Positions 8,565 through 17,814 of a stretch of DNA of 64,000 nt are shown in pieces; the stretch's first letter is position 1; each line of letters opens with the position of its first letter. Origin of the DNA: an uncultured Pseudomonadales bacterium (GTDB lineage Bacteria > Pseudomonadota > Gammaproteobacteria > Pseudomonadales > CANNCY01); assembly GCA_947503335.1 (NCBI GenBank), contig CANNCY010000001.1, forward strand, positions 946,845 through 1,010,844, given 5' to 3'. The notes beneath the pieces are model-generated. The model saw nothing but the letters and a program-made list of their open reading frames with translations. It did no database searches and was not told where the DNA came from. A program made the translations under genes and the position numbers.

Positions 8565-9104
8565 CTACATTAACAATATTTTAAATGCGATTGCGATTAA
8601 TACTAAACCGCCAAAGATTTCGGCTTTAGATTCTAACCATACGCCACTTTTTTTGCCGATATTCACGCCAATCCAGCTAAACGCAAACGTCGTGATGCCT
8701 ATTATCAAGCAGGCTAAGATAATATCTACCTCAAGCAAAGTGATTGCATAACCTGCGGCCATAGCATCAATACTTGTAGCGATAGCAAGAACAAGTAGCA
8801 CGCGATGAGTAACTTTTGCAATATCTTCTTCAATTCCTTCGGATAGGGACTCATAAATCATCTTACTACCGATAATAACGAGTAAGATAAAAGCTATCCA
8901 AGATGCATAATCTTCAATCCAAGATGATAACCCTTTACCGCTGTAATAACCTAGAGCTGGCATGAACCCTTGAAAAAAACCAAAATAAGTAGCGGCTTTA
9001 ATAAAGAGCTTTTCAGCATTCTCTACTTTTTTAGAACCTAAGCCTATGGATACTGCAAACGCGTCCATACTGAGTGCTATAGCTAATACAAAAACTTCAA
9101 ACAC
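8565..9104 (-). CDS. mntP: Manganese efflux pump MntP
   Basis: 179 aa, 6 TM segments, with duplicated motifs LSMDAFAVS and SIDAMAAG. Confidence 0.85.
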   Translation of the reverse strand: MFEVFVLAIALSMDAFAVSIGLGSKKVENAEKLFIKAATYFGFFQGFMPALGYYSGKGLSSWIEDYASWIAFILLVIIGSKMIYESLSEGIEEDIAKVTHRVLLVLAIATSIDAMAAGYAITLLEVDIILACLIIGITTFAFSWIGVNIGKKSGVWLESKAEIFGGLVLIAIAFKILLM

Positions 9105-9155
9105 ACCGATTAAACCTGAATAAAATAGATCTGAGATTACCTGACATATAGATCT

Positions 9156-9887
9156 TTACCTAACTGAGGTTAAACACTTAAGGTTTACTGACAATTGCTC
9201 TATTACCGAAGCTTTATTTTTGTACCAAATTTCAGCTAGATATTCAGTAACAGTGCCAACACTTGAAGGAAACAGAATATTTCCCGCTACTTTAGCGAAT
9301 GGCCCATCGGTTTCGAGTAGAACCCTATCTTGAGGTATCCACGAAATTACTTTTTTTGCTCTGGCTGAGTTCAGCATAGCTGGCCCAATAGAAAAGAAGC
9401 AACCTAGATCAACGGCTTCCTGTACTTGCTTCTTTGTTCCTAAGAACCAGTGAAGAATAGGGACTCCTGCTTTAGGGTGTAACCTAAGCTGTTCAAGTAC
9501 TTCTCCTGTAGCGTTTAGACTATGAATAGTTAGGATTTTATCATCAAACATCTCACAGTTTTTTAAAATATGGGTGAAAACCTCTAGCTGATCATCAAAA
9601 TGTTCTCTATAACCTTTTGAACTGTCTAGGCCGATTTCTCCGATATATCGAGTTCTATCAACTAGCCTATCGAATAGTGCTAATTCATTTTTTCTTAGAT
9701 GAGCAAGTTGAGGGTGCAGTCCCAAAGCCGTTTTACAGTGTTTTATGCCACTTGTTAACTGGACTGTACCTTCAAAAGCCGAAGGCACAGTTGTTACTGA
9801 TAGCACGTAATAATTACTGCTTTTTATGTCGTTCAATACCTCTTGACGATCTGGATATAAATCAACATGGCAATGAAGATCCATCAT
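9156..9887 (-). CDS. qatD: QatD, TatD-family metal-dependent hydrolase/DNase
   Basis: 243 aa. DLHCHVD (HxH) at the N-terminus and ETDGP near the C-terminus. It is the last gene of a KAP-ATPase / unknown / QueC-like / TatD operon and overlaps qatC by 4 nt. Confidence 0.85.
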   Translation of the reverse strand: MMDLHCHVDLYPDRQEVLNDIKSSNYYVLSVTTVPSAFEGTVQLTSGIKHCKTALGLHPQLAHLRKNELALFDRLVDRTRYIGEIGLDSSKGYREHFDDQLEVFTHILKNCEMFDDKILTIHSLNATGEVLEQLRLHPKAGVPILHWFLGTKKQVQEAVDLGCFFSIGPAMLNSARAKKVISWIPQDRVLLETDGPFAKVAGNILFPSSVGTVTEYLAEIWYKNKASVIEQLSVNLKCLTSVR

Positions 9888-11236
9888 GACGATTTATCCG
9901 CTTGGAGAAATAATTCAACCTCTGCCAATCCTCGCTTAATAGTTGATTCTAATTTTTCTCGTATATGTTTATCTTGCGGTATCGGCCCCGACATTCTTAA
10001 CCAAGAACGATAATTATCTGTCTGCTTCAACCGAATAATGGCAGTTTGAACCGCTTGAAGATCATCACGCGTATCTTTTTCTTTGATAAGCCCTTTCAAC
10101 CGCTTTGTCTTGTATGGCGCATCTTGTGTAAAACCAGCATGAAAAACTGACGCTCTTCGAATAAGACAAGGTACACAATGCCCACACTGTTTATGCTCTC
10201 TGTGCCAATGACTACATGAAACACTTAGAGGAACTGCTTTTCTAATTGCGTCTTGATCAACACATTCCGCTAACATTTCACCTTTAGTTTTGAATTGATA
10301 CGGGTTTACAAATTTGACATGAAACCCAGTGTCTCTAAGCAAAGATTCAAGCCTGCTTAGAAAATTAGGATGAGTAGTTCTAGTGCTATGGCTACCAATC
10401 CGTCTTCTGGTAAGCGGTGGATTTATAGAAATATAGCCATTCTCAGGGACGACAATAGTTTCAATTCTGCTATCGCAATTAGCATTTCTTAAGGCTGATA
10501 TACCAAGTACCGCCATAGCTAGGAAGTTGAAACTTCTTCCCCTCATGCTAATGTCAGTTTTACCTTCTAAATGCTTGATAATATGAGGAGACATTGAATA
10601 GGACAGTTCGCCGAATGGCGGGGATAATAAATGCTTAATATCTTCCTGTTTCGCACCATCACCACGATAAGCGTGGCTAACCAAAAGAGGCTTTAAATCT
10701 GACTCTCCGTTTAAAATGTCAATTGCACCAACTGCGCTATCAAGACCACCAGAAAAAAGGCAAACTGAGTTGAGTCCAATTAGTGATTTTGCCTTGGCTT
10801 TCGCTTGTTCACTATTCTTAGGAGCTGGCATTGCCATAGTTGTTCTTTCAAACGTAAACTGCCATTGATCGCCTGTAAGAAAGTTGAGCAAAGAACTTAG
10901 TTCAGGCTCTACAAAATTCCACATATCCTCATCGGTAACAGGAACATGCAAATGCATTTTCCTCGCCCATGCATTTTCTGCATTATCCCTCAATTCAAAC
11001 GTATCAGCGGCGGTAACGGCAGTTGCAATTGTTATCAGATCTATTGCATCAGCATCTACATTCAATCCTAAATCACGAACTGTTTGTAGTAATTGTTTCG
11101 ACACTAAGCTGTGCTTAGTGATGTCATTTTGATGCGTATGGAACATCTGGACAGGATGACAATCATCAGAAAAATCAGGCAAGTTAGCTGGGTCATGGTT
11201 AAAATAAAAATTAGTCATCAAAGCTCTCCCATTCAT
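9884..11236 (-). CDS. qatC: QatC, QueC-like PP-loop ATPase
   Basis: FSGGLDSAVGA PP-loop and a C-terminal Cys cluster CSHWHREHKQCGHCVPC. The real start is more likely the ATG at 11218, which gives an ATGACTAA overlap with the qatB stop. Confidence 0.85.
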   Translation of the reverse strand: MNGRALMTNFYFNHDPANLPDFSDDCHPVQMFHTHQNDITKHSLVSKQLLQTVRDLGLNVDADAIDLITIATAVTAADTFELRDNAENAWARKMHLHVPVTDEDMWNFVEPELSSLLNFLTGDQWQFTFERTTMAMPAPKNSEQAKAKAKSLIGLNSVCLFSGGLDSAVGAIDILNGESDLKPLLVSHAYRGDGAKQEDIKHLLSPPFGELSYSMSPHIIKHLEGKTDISMRGRSFNFLAMAVLGISALRNANCDSRIETIVVPENGYISINPPLTRRRIGSHSTRTTHPNFLSRLESLLRDTGFHVKFVNPYQFKTKGEMLAECVDQDAIRKAVPLSVSCSHWHREHKQCGHCVPCLIRRASVFHAGFTQDAPYKTKRLKGLIKEKDTRDDLQAVQTAIIRLKQTDNYRSWLRMSGPIPQDKHIREKLESTIKRGLAEVELFLQADKSS

Positions 11237-12098
11237 CCACTGTCATTGCAATTGCACCAGCTTGAATTTTAGTAATATTTTCCTTGCTAATAGTACTAGG
11301 GTTGCCATTAGTTACTTTGTCTAACTGCTCTTGTGTGATCACTTTTATTAATTCCCTTAACTCAACTTCCATTTGATGATGTTTGCTTGCAGGCTCAACG
11401 TGAAACCATGCTCTGCCCATTCCTTCTACAACATCTTGAAATATAAGATCTGTTAAATAACAGCCTATGGCTTCTTGGATAACTTCGTCGGTAAAACTGT
11501 TAGGATCAAATTCTTCAGTATCGGGTAGAGCTTCTTCTAACGCGTAATCTAACGCAACTCTAACAGCATCCGAATCGGCATTATCAGGTGCTAAATGACT
11601 AGCAATTTTGTCGATTGCTTGGTCAGTCGATAACCCAGTTAAATCACCTAATGATAAGCTTTGATTATTAATCGTTACGGTGTCGCCACGCATGACACCA
11701 AGCAGTCCAGAACCAGCAGTTATGCCACTTGCTAGTCTCCGGCTTGTGCTCTTACCTCCGCCAGAGCCTTTTCTAGAGTAACTTTTTAATGAACGCTTTA
11801 GATCCGAGGTTGAGCCACCTGTTTGAGCGTATTTACCAAATGCTCTTCTGGCACTGGCAAACCTATTTGGAGGCGGTGTTGCCGTAGGTGAACCACCGAT
11901 TTCTTGTTGAACCTTGTCATTGTCAATATCATTGCTATTGTCATTCTGATCACCTACTTGACTACTGTCAGAACCAGTTTGATCATCCCCATCAGTACCT
12001 GATGCAGGTTCTATCGTGACGGAATCTCCTTGCTCTGCCCACGATGGAATGAGTGGACTTTTATTATTCGGTCCCGTTGACGACGCTGAAGTACCCAT
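11211..12098 (-). CDS. qatB: QatB (no known domain)
   Basis: 295 aa with a low-complexity Ser/Gly/Asp-rich N-terminal half. Called by its position between qatA and qatC. Confidence 0.7.
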   Translation of the reverse strand: MGTSASSTGPNNKSPLIPSWAEQGDSVTIEPASGTDGDDQTGSDSSQVGDQNDNSNDIDNDKVQQEIGGSPTATPPPNRFASARRAFGKYAQTGGSTSDLKRSLKSYSRKGSGGGKSTSRRLASGITAGSGLLGVMRGDTVTINNQSLSLGDLTGLSTDQAIDKIASHLAPDNADSDAVRVALDYALEEALPDTEEFDPNSFTDEVIQEAIGCYLTDLIFQDVVEGMGRAWFHVEPASKHHQMEVELRELIKVITQEQLDKVTNGNPSTISKENITKIQAGAIAMTVDEWESFDD

Positions 12099-12099
12099 A

Positions 12100-13860
12100 T
12101 TACTTAGTTCCCTCTAGCTCTTTTAAAATTGGATTAAGCCATCTTTGACGAGGCAAGCTTTTTAAGAATGTAAGAAGACTTAAGCAACATTTATCATCCT
12201 GCTTGGCAAGTAGCACGGCTCCATAGATGCCTGTTGGTCTTTCGGTCCAATCCCCAATCAACTTAAAGTTTTCAATCAAACCATCCATGACTGACATGTA
12301 CTCTTCCTTTGGAGCTGCGGCGACAGCAGCAGAATTGACACCGCTTACTCTGACCTTCTGCTTCATCAATTCTTCTACAAGCTTTTGAGCTGCTCCTGAC
12401 ATTACCGCATTAACAGCGCCCATTGGAATGCTTTCTCGACTCAGGTACGCCGCTGGAGTCAAATCCATCTCAGTAAACATTGGAGGTAATTTTGACCATT
12501 TATCAATAAAAGCTAGGTCGAGTTTCCACTCTTCAGGTAACTTAATTTCGTCACATTCAACTTCTGAATTTTCGAGATCTGCTAATGCTTTTGGATATCC
12601 TTTTTCCTTATCAATTAATTCATAGAGCTTGTTGGTAGCCTGAGTACCTAAGCACCTCTCAAAAATCACCAGCTTAGTGATGGTTTTTTCATCTAGCTGC
12701 ATTCCTCGACGGTGAGCAGTTTTCTTTCTCATCTTAACTTGATTAAGTAATCGCTTTACTATGCGAGGGTTGCCGTTAATGTTTGTAGATTCAGCCAATA
12801 ATGGAGCTAACTGCTCAGCAACTACAAATTTACTTCTGAGTTCTGAATGCTTTTCGATTGAGTGATCTTGAAGTAGCTCATCAACGGTTATTTGTGGTTG
12901 TTTCCACGACAGCCTTAATGACTCTTCAAGGGCACACCTTATCGTTTCTAACTGGGCATCGGTAACGCCGTGGTCTTGAGCAGTAAGCATCATTAAATAT
13001 GCCCTTATCTCCAAAACGCCGGGTCTTGGTACATGCACAGGAATTTGAATAAGCTTATCTAAATAATCAGTTTGATGTCGTTGAGATGCACCTTTGTGAT
13101 ATTCAGGTACTGCCAAGCGGATCATGTCCTCATCGGCAGCAATTACAAATGCAGTATTGGGTAAAAATAAAAATAACCTGATCGCCTCAAGTGTTGAAAT
13201 GGCATTAAATGGAGAACAACGATCTAAATTATCGACATAAACAATAAGTGGTTTATCAAACTCCTTTAGCAGATCTGAATATGCCTTTCGGACTTCTTTA
13301 ATTTCTTTAGGGGGTGAAAATGATTTCTTATCTTTGATTAGACCTTTGTTTTTCTTAGCGACATCTTTAGCGCCGTCCACAGCATCCTTTACATCATCAA
13401 CATCCAACTCACCATCGTCACCACCACTGAATAACCCCATAAACTTCTGTATACCACCCATAGTTGGTATACCAGCTAATGCTGCACCACCATCCATTAG
13501 CAGCCCCATCAGTCTGATCTTATCTATTCGTCCAGCAAACTCTTTTGCTTTTGCACTTAGATTTTGATCGTCTGCTGCTTTTTTAACTAAAGTAGATGCG
13601 ATTGTTTCTAATAGCGCAGCTTTAGCATCATCGTACCCTTGGAAAGTCCATGCATCAAAATGTACTTGGATATATTCTTGTTCATCAGTATCCAAAGAGG
13701 CTTTGGTAAGTTCAAGAATCGTTGATTTTCCAGCCCCCCAATCACCAAAGACACCTATACTAATAGGCATTAATTCCTTTTCAGTTATAAGATCTTTAAT
13801 CGACTCAGCCGTTTCATTAAAATTTAAGAAATCAATTTTTGATTCTTTATCAGACCACAT
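12100..13860 (-). CDS. qatA: QatA, KAP-family P-loop NTPase
   Basis: 586 aa. Walker A GDWGAGKST and Walker B-like LIVYVDNLDR. First gene of the Qat operon. Confidence 0.85.
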   Translation of the reverse strand: MWSDKESKIDFLNFNETAESIKDLITEKELMPISIGVFGDWGAGKSTILELTKASLDTDEQEYIQVHFDAWTFQGYDDAKAALLETIASTLVKKAADDQNLSAKAKEFAGRIDKIRLMGLLMDGGAALAGIPTMGGIQKFMGLFSGGDDGELDVDDVKDAVDGAKDVAKKNKGLIKDKKSFSPPKEIKEVRKAYSDLLKEFDKPLIVYVDNLDRCSPFNAISTLEAIRLFLFLPNTAFVIAADEDMIRLAVPEYHKGASQRHQTDYLDKLIQIPVHVPRPGVLEIRAYLMMLTAQDHGVTDAQLETIRCALEESLRLSWKQPQITVDELLQDHSIEKHSELRSKFVVAEQLAPLLAESTNINGNPRIVKRLLNQVKMRKKTAHRRGMQLDEKTITKLVIFERCLGTQATNKLYELIDKEKGYPKALADLENSEVECDEIKLPEEWKLDLAFIDKWSKLPPMFTEMDLTPAAYLSRESIPMGAVNAVMSGAAQKLVEELMKQKVRVSGVNSAAVAAAPKEEYMSVMDGLIENFKLIGDWTERPTGIYGAVLLAKQDDKCCLSLLTFLKSLPRQRWLNPILKELEGTK

Positions 13861-13878
13861 AACACCTCCTTTAATTTA

Positions 13879-14448
13879 TTATTTCTTTTGTTCCATTCTT
13901 TCAAGAGTTCGGTGAACCGTAGGGCGGCTAACAGAATATTTCTTCGCTAATGCAGAGATCGATTCACCATTTAATTTATCTTTATATAATTCTTTCGCTT
14001 GTTTGTCTGTTAAAGCTGGCAATCTGCCCATGTGTTTGCCTTTAGCTTTAGCTTCTTCGCGGCCTTCTGCTGTTCTGGCTTTTATAAGATCCCGCTCAAG
14101 TTGAGCGAATACTCCACATAGGTTTATCATGGCTGTGGCAAACGGGTTATCATTTTTAGTATTAAGAGAGCCGTCAATAATATTTAAACAAGCACCCTTT
14201 TTGTGGATACTTTCAATGGCCTCAAGAATAGATTTTAATGATCGGCCTAGCCGATCAAGGCGAGTAACAATTACTTCATCACCTTCTCTGATAAAATCGA
14301 TGAGTTCCTTTAGCTTCTCTTCATTTCTAACGGAAGCACCAGATTGTTTACCTTGGAATATTTTTTCACAGCCATGAGCGTCCAACTTGGACAGTTGAAC
14401 ATTCAAATCTTGTTCTTTAGTTGAGACTCTTGCAAAACCAACTTTCAT
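13879..14448 (-). CDS. Serine recombinase (resolvase/invertase family)
   Basis: GFARVSTKEQ catalytic Ser region, VTRLDRLGRS, and a C-terminal HTH ALAKKYSVSRPTVHRTL. The start was chosen at MKVGFARVS (14448) rather than the longer ORF start at 14484. Confidence 0.9.
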   Translation of the reverse strand: MKVGFARVSTKEQDLNVQLSKLDAHGCEKIFQGKQSGASVRNEEKLKELIDFIREGDEVIVTRLDRLGRSLKSILEAIESIHKKGACLNIIDGSLNTKNDNPFATAMINLCGVFAQLERDLIKARTAEGREEAKAKGKHMGRLPALTDKQAKELYKDKLNGESISALAKKYSVSRPTVHRTLERMEQKK

Positions 14449-14450
14449 AT

Positions 14451-14554
14451 GTACGAAACCTGTAACTTTCGTACACCTTACCAAGCAGGTGAACGAAAGT
14501 CCATTAAATTACATTCGTACATGAACGAAATTTTATGCCAAAATTCGTTCACAT
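14451..14554. promoter_or_regulatory. res-like site: three dyads built on (G)TACGAA / TGAACGAA
   Basis: gtacgaaa-N8-tttcgtac at 14451-14474, gtgaacgaaagt...acattcgtac at 14489-14520, tgaacgaaatt-N-aaattcgttca at 14521-14554. All lie immediately upstream of the resolvase. Confidence 0.55.
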
Positions 14555-14577
14555 AAAAAGTGAAATAAATGACAATT

Positions 14578-14967
14578 CTAACTATCAAGTGACTTAATTA
14601 TTCCGCACGCTTCAACGGTGTTTTCAGTTGTACATGAACTTACCATTTGTTGAAGCTCTGCCTTTAACGCCTTGAGTTCTCTCATGCGCTTATTAACTAA
14701 GCTCAATTGTTGCTCGATAAGAGCATTAACACTTGCACAGCTTTCTTCTGGCTTATTTTTAAGTTCAATAAGACGCTTAACATCTATTAGAGGGATATCC
14801 AAACTTCGGCAATGCTTTATAAACTCTAATTCTTTTAAAGCCCGTTCACCGTATAACCTGTAATTCCCTTCAGTACGTTCAGGAGTTGAAAGCAACCCTT
14901 CTTTCTCGTAATACCGAATTGTTTGTATCGAACACCCTGTCGTTTTTGAAAGTTCACCTATTTTCAT
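14578..14967 (-). CDS. cadR: MerR-family Cd/Pb/Zn-responsive regulator (CadR/ZntR-like)
   Basis: 129 aa. MKIGEL...IRYYEKEGLL..P.RTEGNYRLY, and SCASVNALIE resembles CadR SCGSVNALID. C-terminal Cys residues present. Confidence 0.7.
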   Translation of the reverse strand: MKIGELSKTTGCSIQTIRYYEKEGLLSTPERTEGNYRLYGERALKELEFIKHCRSLDIPLIDVKRLIELKNKPEESCASVNALIEQQLSLVNKRMRELKALKAELQQMVSSCTTENTVEACGIIKSLDS

Positions 14968-14986
14968 AAAACTTTAGTCCTAAAAC

Positions 14987-15017
14987 TTGACTCTATAGTC
15001 ACTATAGACTTTATAGT
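14987..15017 (+). promoter_or_regulatory. MerR-type promoter for the CDF gene (19-nt spacer)
   Basis: TTGACT (14987-14992), 19-nt spacer carrying CTATAG-TCA-CTATAG, then TATAGT (15012-15017). Divergent from the cadR-like gene. Confidence 0.7.
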
Positions 15018-15049
15018 TGAATTATTAAACAAATAACTAAGGCCGTGTA

Positions 15050-15706
15050 ATGAGTGGTTGTGGTTGCGAAGTCGAACTAAAAGATGCGAAACAAAAATAT
15101 GTGCTGTATTGGTTGCTCGGTATTAATGCGGTTATGTTCTGCGTTGAGATTACTGTGGGCCTATATGCAAATTCGACGGCTTTGATAGCAGATTCAATGG
15201 ATATGCTGGCTGATGCAATTGTCTATGGAATTGCCTTGTATGCGGTAAGTCGATCTTTAAAGCATAAAGCCAATGCAGCCCTTATCAGCGGTTACTTTCA
15301 GCTTACACTCGGATTACTGATAATCTTTGACATAGTAAGAAGAATAATCGGAGCAGGTGAGCCTCACTCTTGGTTCATGATCGGCTTTGGTTTTATTGCA
15401 TTAATAGCAAACGTTATTTGTTTAGTTTTAATCAGAAAGCATAACAATGGTGAAGTGCATATGCGTGCAAGCTGGATATTTTCAGCCAACGATGTGATCG
15501 CAAATATGGGCGTAATTGCTGCTGGTGTGTTGGTGATGCTACTTGATTCACGCTGGTCTGACATTGTGATTGGTAGTGTGATTGCAATCCTAATTTTAAG
15601 AGGGGCTTACCTGATTATTACTGATGCGAAGAAAGAGCTGAGCAACGCAGAGTTAACAAGCGAAAACAATGGCTGTAGTGGAAGTAAATCAAAATCATGT
15701 TCTTAA
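15050..15706 (+). CDS. Cation diffusion facilitator (short, membrane domain only)
   Basis: 218 aa, 6 TM segments. ADSMDMLADA motif and a Cys-rich N-terminus (SGCGCE) and C-terminus. Confidence 0.75.
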   Translation: MSGCGCEVELKDAKQKYVLYWLLGINAVMFCVEITVGLYANSTALIADSMDMLADAIVYGIALYAVSRSLKHKANAALISGYFQLTLGLLIIFDIVRRIIGAGEPHSWFMIGFGFIALIANVICLVLIRKHNNGEVHMRASWIFSANDVIANMGVIAAGVLVMLLDSRWSDIVIGSVIAILILRGAYLIITDAKKELSNAELTSENNGCSGSKSKSCS

Positions 15707-15712
15707 AGGAAA

Positions 15713-16447
15713 TTGATAATGAGTGCTAATTATTCAGAGAAAACAAAAATATTAGACTTTGATGATCAAAGCATCCAATCGTTAATAGCGGAGCGAAATT
15801 GGCAAGCTTTGGATGATTACAACAAGATTGGAGCTGCTTACACCTTTGTTAAAGACGATATTCAGTTCGGTTACAACCGCAGCGATGATATCGCAGCAAG
15901 TGAAGTTTTAGCCGATGGCTATGGACAGTGCAATACAAAAGGAAACTTGTTAATGGCTCTATTACGAGCGCTCGGTATTCAGTGCAGATTTCATGGCTTC
16001 ACGATTGACCAACAGCTTCAGAAAGGCGCTATTCCCTCTTATGTATTTTGGCTTGCCCCTAAATACATTATCCATAGCTGGGTTGAAGTTTTTTTTAATG
16101 GTGAGTGGATCAATTTAGAAGGCTTTATTCTCGATGAAGCTTATCTAAGTTCAATTCAATCCAAATTCAGTCAAGCTAAAGATAGTTTTTGTGGTTATGG
16201 CATCGCTACTACCTGCATAAGTAACCCAGAGACTAACTGGGCAGGGAAAGATACTTATATCCAAAAAGAAGGCATATACGACGACTTTGGCCTATATAAT
16301 TCACCCGATGCATTCTATGCTGAGCAGGGAACCAATCTAACGGGTATAAAACGTTGGGCGTACCAAAACTTTATCCGCCATATCATTAATTGGAATGTAC
16401 AAAGGCTTAGAGGAAAAAATGTAAACGCCGAGGCTCAACATGCATAG
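15713..16447 (+). CDS. Transglutaminase-like cysteine peptidase superfamily protein
   Basis: 244 aa. GYGQCNTKGNLLMALLRALGI (the G.C...A core) and a later H..WVEV motif. Confidence 0.65.
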   Translation: MIMSANYSEKTKILDFDDQSIQSLIAERNWQALDDYNKIGAAYTFVKDDIQFGYNRSDDIAASEVLADGYGQCNTKGNLLMALLRALGIQCRFHGFTIDQQLQKGAIPSYVFWLAPKYIIHSWVEVFFNGEWINLEGFILDEAYLSSIQSKFSQAKDSFCGYGIATTCISNPETNWAGKDTYIQKEGIYDDFGLYNSPDAFYAEQGTNLTGIKRWAYQNFIRHIINWNVQRLRGKNVNAEAQHA

Positions 16448-17339
16448 CCACTCTCACGGTCATGATCACTCTCACAATGATGAGGACGCTTCGAGGCGTA
16501 TTGGCTGGGCTTTTTTTATCAACCTCACGTTTACCATCATCGAATTTATCGGAGGTTGGTTAACCAATAGTACGGCAATCATGGCAGATGCAATTCATGA
16601 TTTAGGAGATAGCATTTCCATAGGCACCGCATGGGGATTAAATAAGCTTAGTAACAAACCTGCCTCTAGCCAGTTTTCATATGGTTACAAACGCTTTTCT
16701 TTACTTGGCGCATTGATTAACGGCTTGGTATTAACTGTTGGTTCTATTTTTATACTAATTGAAGCTATACCAAGATTGGCTAACCCCGAAATGCCTCAAG
16801 TCGAAGGAATGCTCTTATTAGCGATTTTTGGCATGGTTGTTAACGGTTACGCCGCCTATAAGCTAAGTCATGGAAAGACCCTAAATGAACGAGTTTTAAA
16901 CTGGCACTTGCTTGAAGATGTTTTAGGCTGGATAGCTATTTTTATCGTATCAATTGTATTGATGTTTGTTGAGTGGCCTATACTCGACCCTATTTTATCG
17001 ATTTGTTTTACTCTTTTTATTTTATTTAACGTTGTAAGAACATTGAAATCGACACTTATGCTGTTCTTGCAAGCGACACCAGATATTGAGCTTATTGAAA
17101 GTATTAAATCGAAAATACTTTCTAAAGCCATTGTGGGTGAAGTACATCACTTACACATCTGGTCACTCGATGGTGAAAACAACGTTTTGACCGCTCATAT
17201 TGTTTTAAACACTGAAATATCTAACGAAAAACTGAAATCGTACAAACTAGAGTTACAGCATGAGCTTAAAGAGTTTGATTTTGCTCATACAACAATTGAG
17301 ATTGAGTTTATGAACGAGCCATGTCGTGACGCAAGCTAA
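16440..17339 (+). CDS. czcD: CDF-family Zn/Co/Cd efflux protein CzcD/ZitB-like
   Basis: 299 aa. His-rich N-terminus HSHSHGHDHSH, ADAIHDLGD, and HHLHIWSL in the C-terminal domain. Confidence 0.85.
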   Translation: MHSHSHGHDHSHNDEDASRRIGWAFFINLTFTIIEFIGGWLTNSTAIMADAIHDLGDSISIGTAWGLNKLSNKPASSQFSYGYKRFSLLGALINGLVLTVGSIFILIEAIPRLANPEMPQVEGMLLLAIFGMVVNGYAAYKLSHGKTLNERVLNWHLLEDVLGWIAIFIVSIVLMFVEWPILDPILSICFTLFILFNVVRTLKSTLMLFLQATPDIELIESIKSKILSKAIVGEVHHLHIWSLDGENNVLTAHIVLNTEISNEKLKSYKLELQHELKEFDFAHTTIEIEFMNEPCRDAS

Positions 17340-17374
17340 TCGATAGTGTTAACATTGGCATAACTAAGAGAACA

Positions 17375-17746
17375 TTGAACGAAATGAATATTAAACAAAT
17401 TCCCGCATACATCATGATAATGCTGATACTACTTCAGTCATTTTCTGCTGTGGCAAAAATTGCTGATATTCATATTGTTGATTCCGAGCATGTAAAAACC
17501 GAGCATGTTCATGCTTTAGATGACCATATTTCTTCGGAACAATTAGCACTAGCATCAGCAGATGATGACCAACACAACCCCGCTGATTGTCATCATTGCG
17601 GTCATTGTAATGGCTCACACGTACAGTTTGCTACACACATCTACATTAGTGAGAATTTTGATTTCAAATCAAATCATGCCTTTGATTACTTAAAAGTAGT
17701 CATTGAAGCTCCCCTTTCAAGATTGCTTCGCCCTCCACAAAGTTAG
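17375..17746 (+). CDS. Small secreted His/Cys-rich protein (CzcI-like leader gene of the czc operon)
   Basis: 123 aa with a signal peptide. CHHCGHCNGSH motif, ends in LLRPPQS. Sits directly upstream of czcC. Confidence 0.45.
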   Translation: MNEMNIKQIPAYIMIMLILLQSFSAVAKIADIHIVDSEHVKTEHVHALDDHISSEQLALASADDDQHNPADCHHCGHCNGSHVQFATHIYISENFDFKSNHAFDYLKVVIEAPLSRLLRPPQS

Positions 17747-17814
17747 TCCTTTTATTTAATTAGCGCGTTAGGCGGCAAGCCTTCGCTCCTTTCATAAAAT
17801 AAACAGGACAAAAT

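Noticed and set aside
13879-14577. Calling the resolvase plus res-like site a Tn3-family transposon.
   Set aside because: No tnpA and no long terminal inverted repeats are visible in the window. Only an orphan resolvase/res module can be supported.
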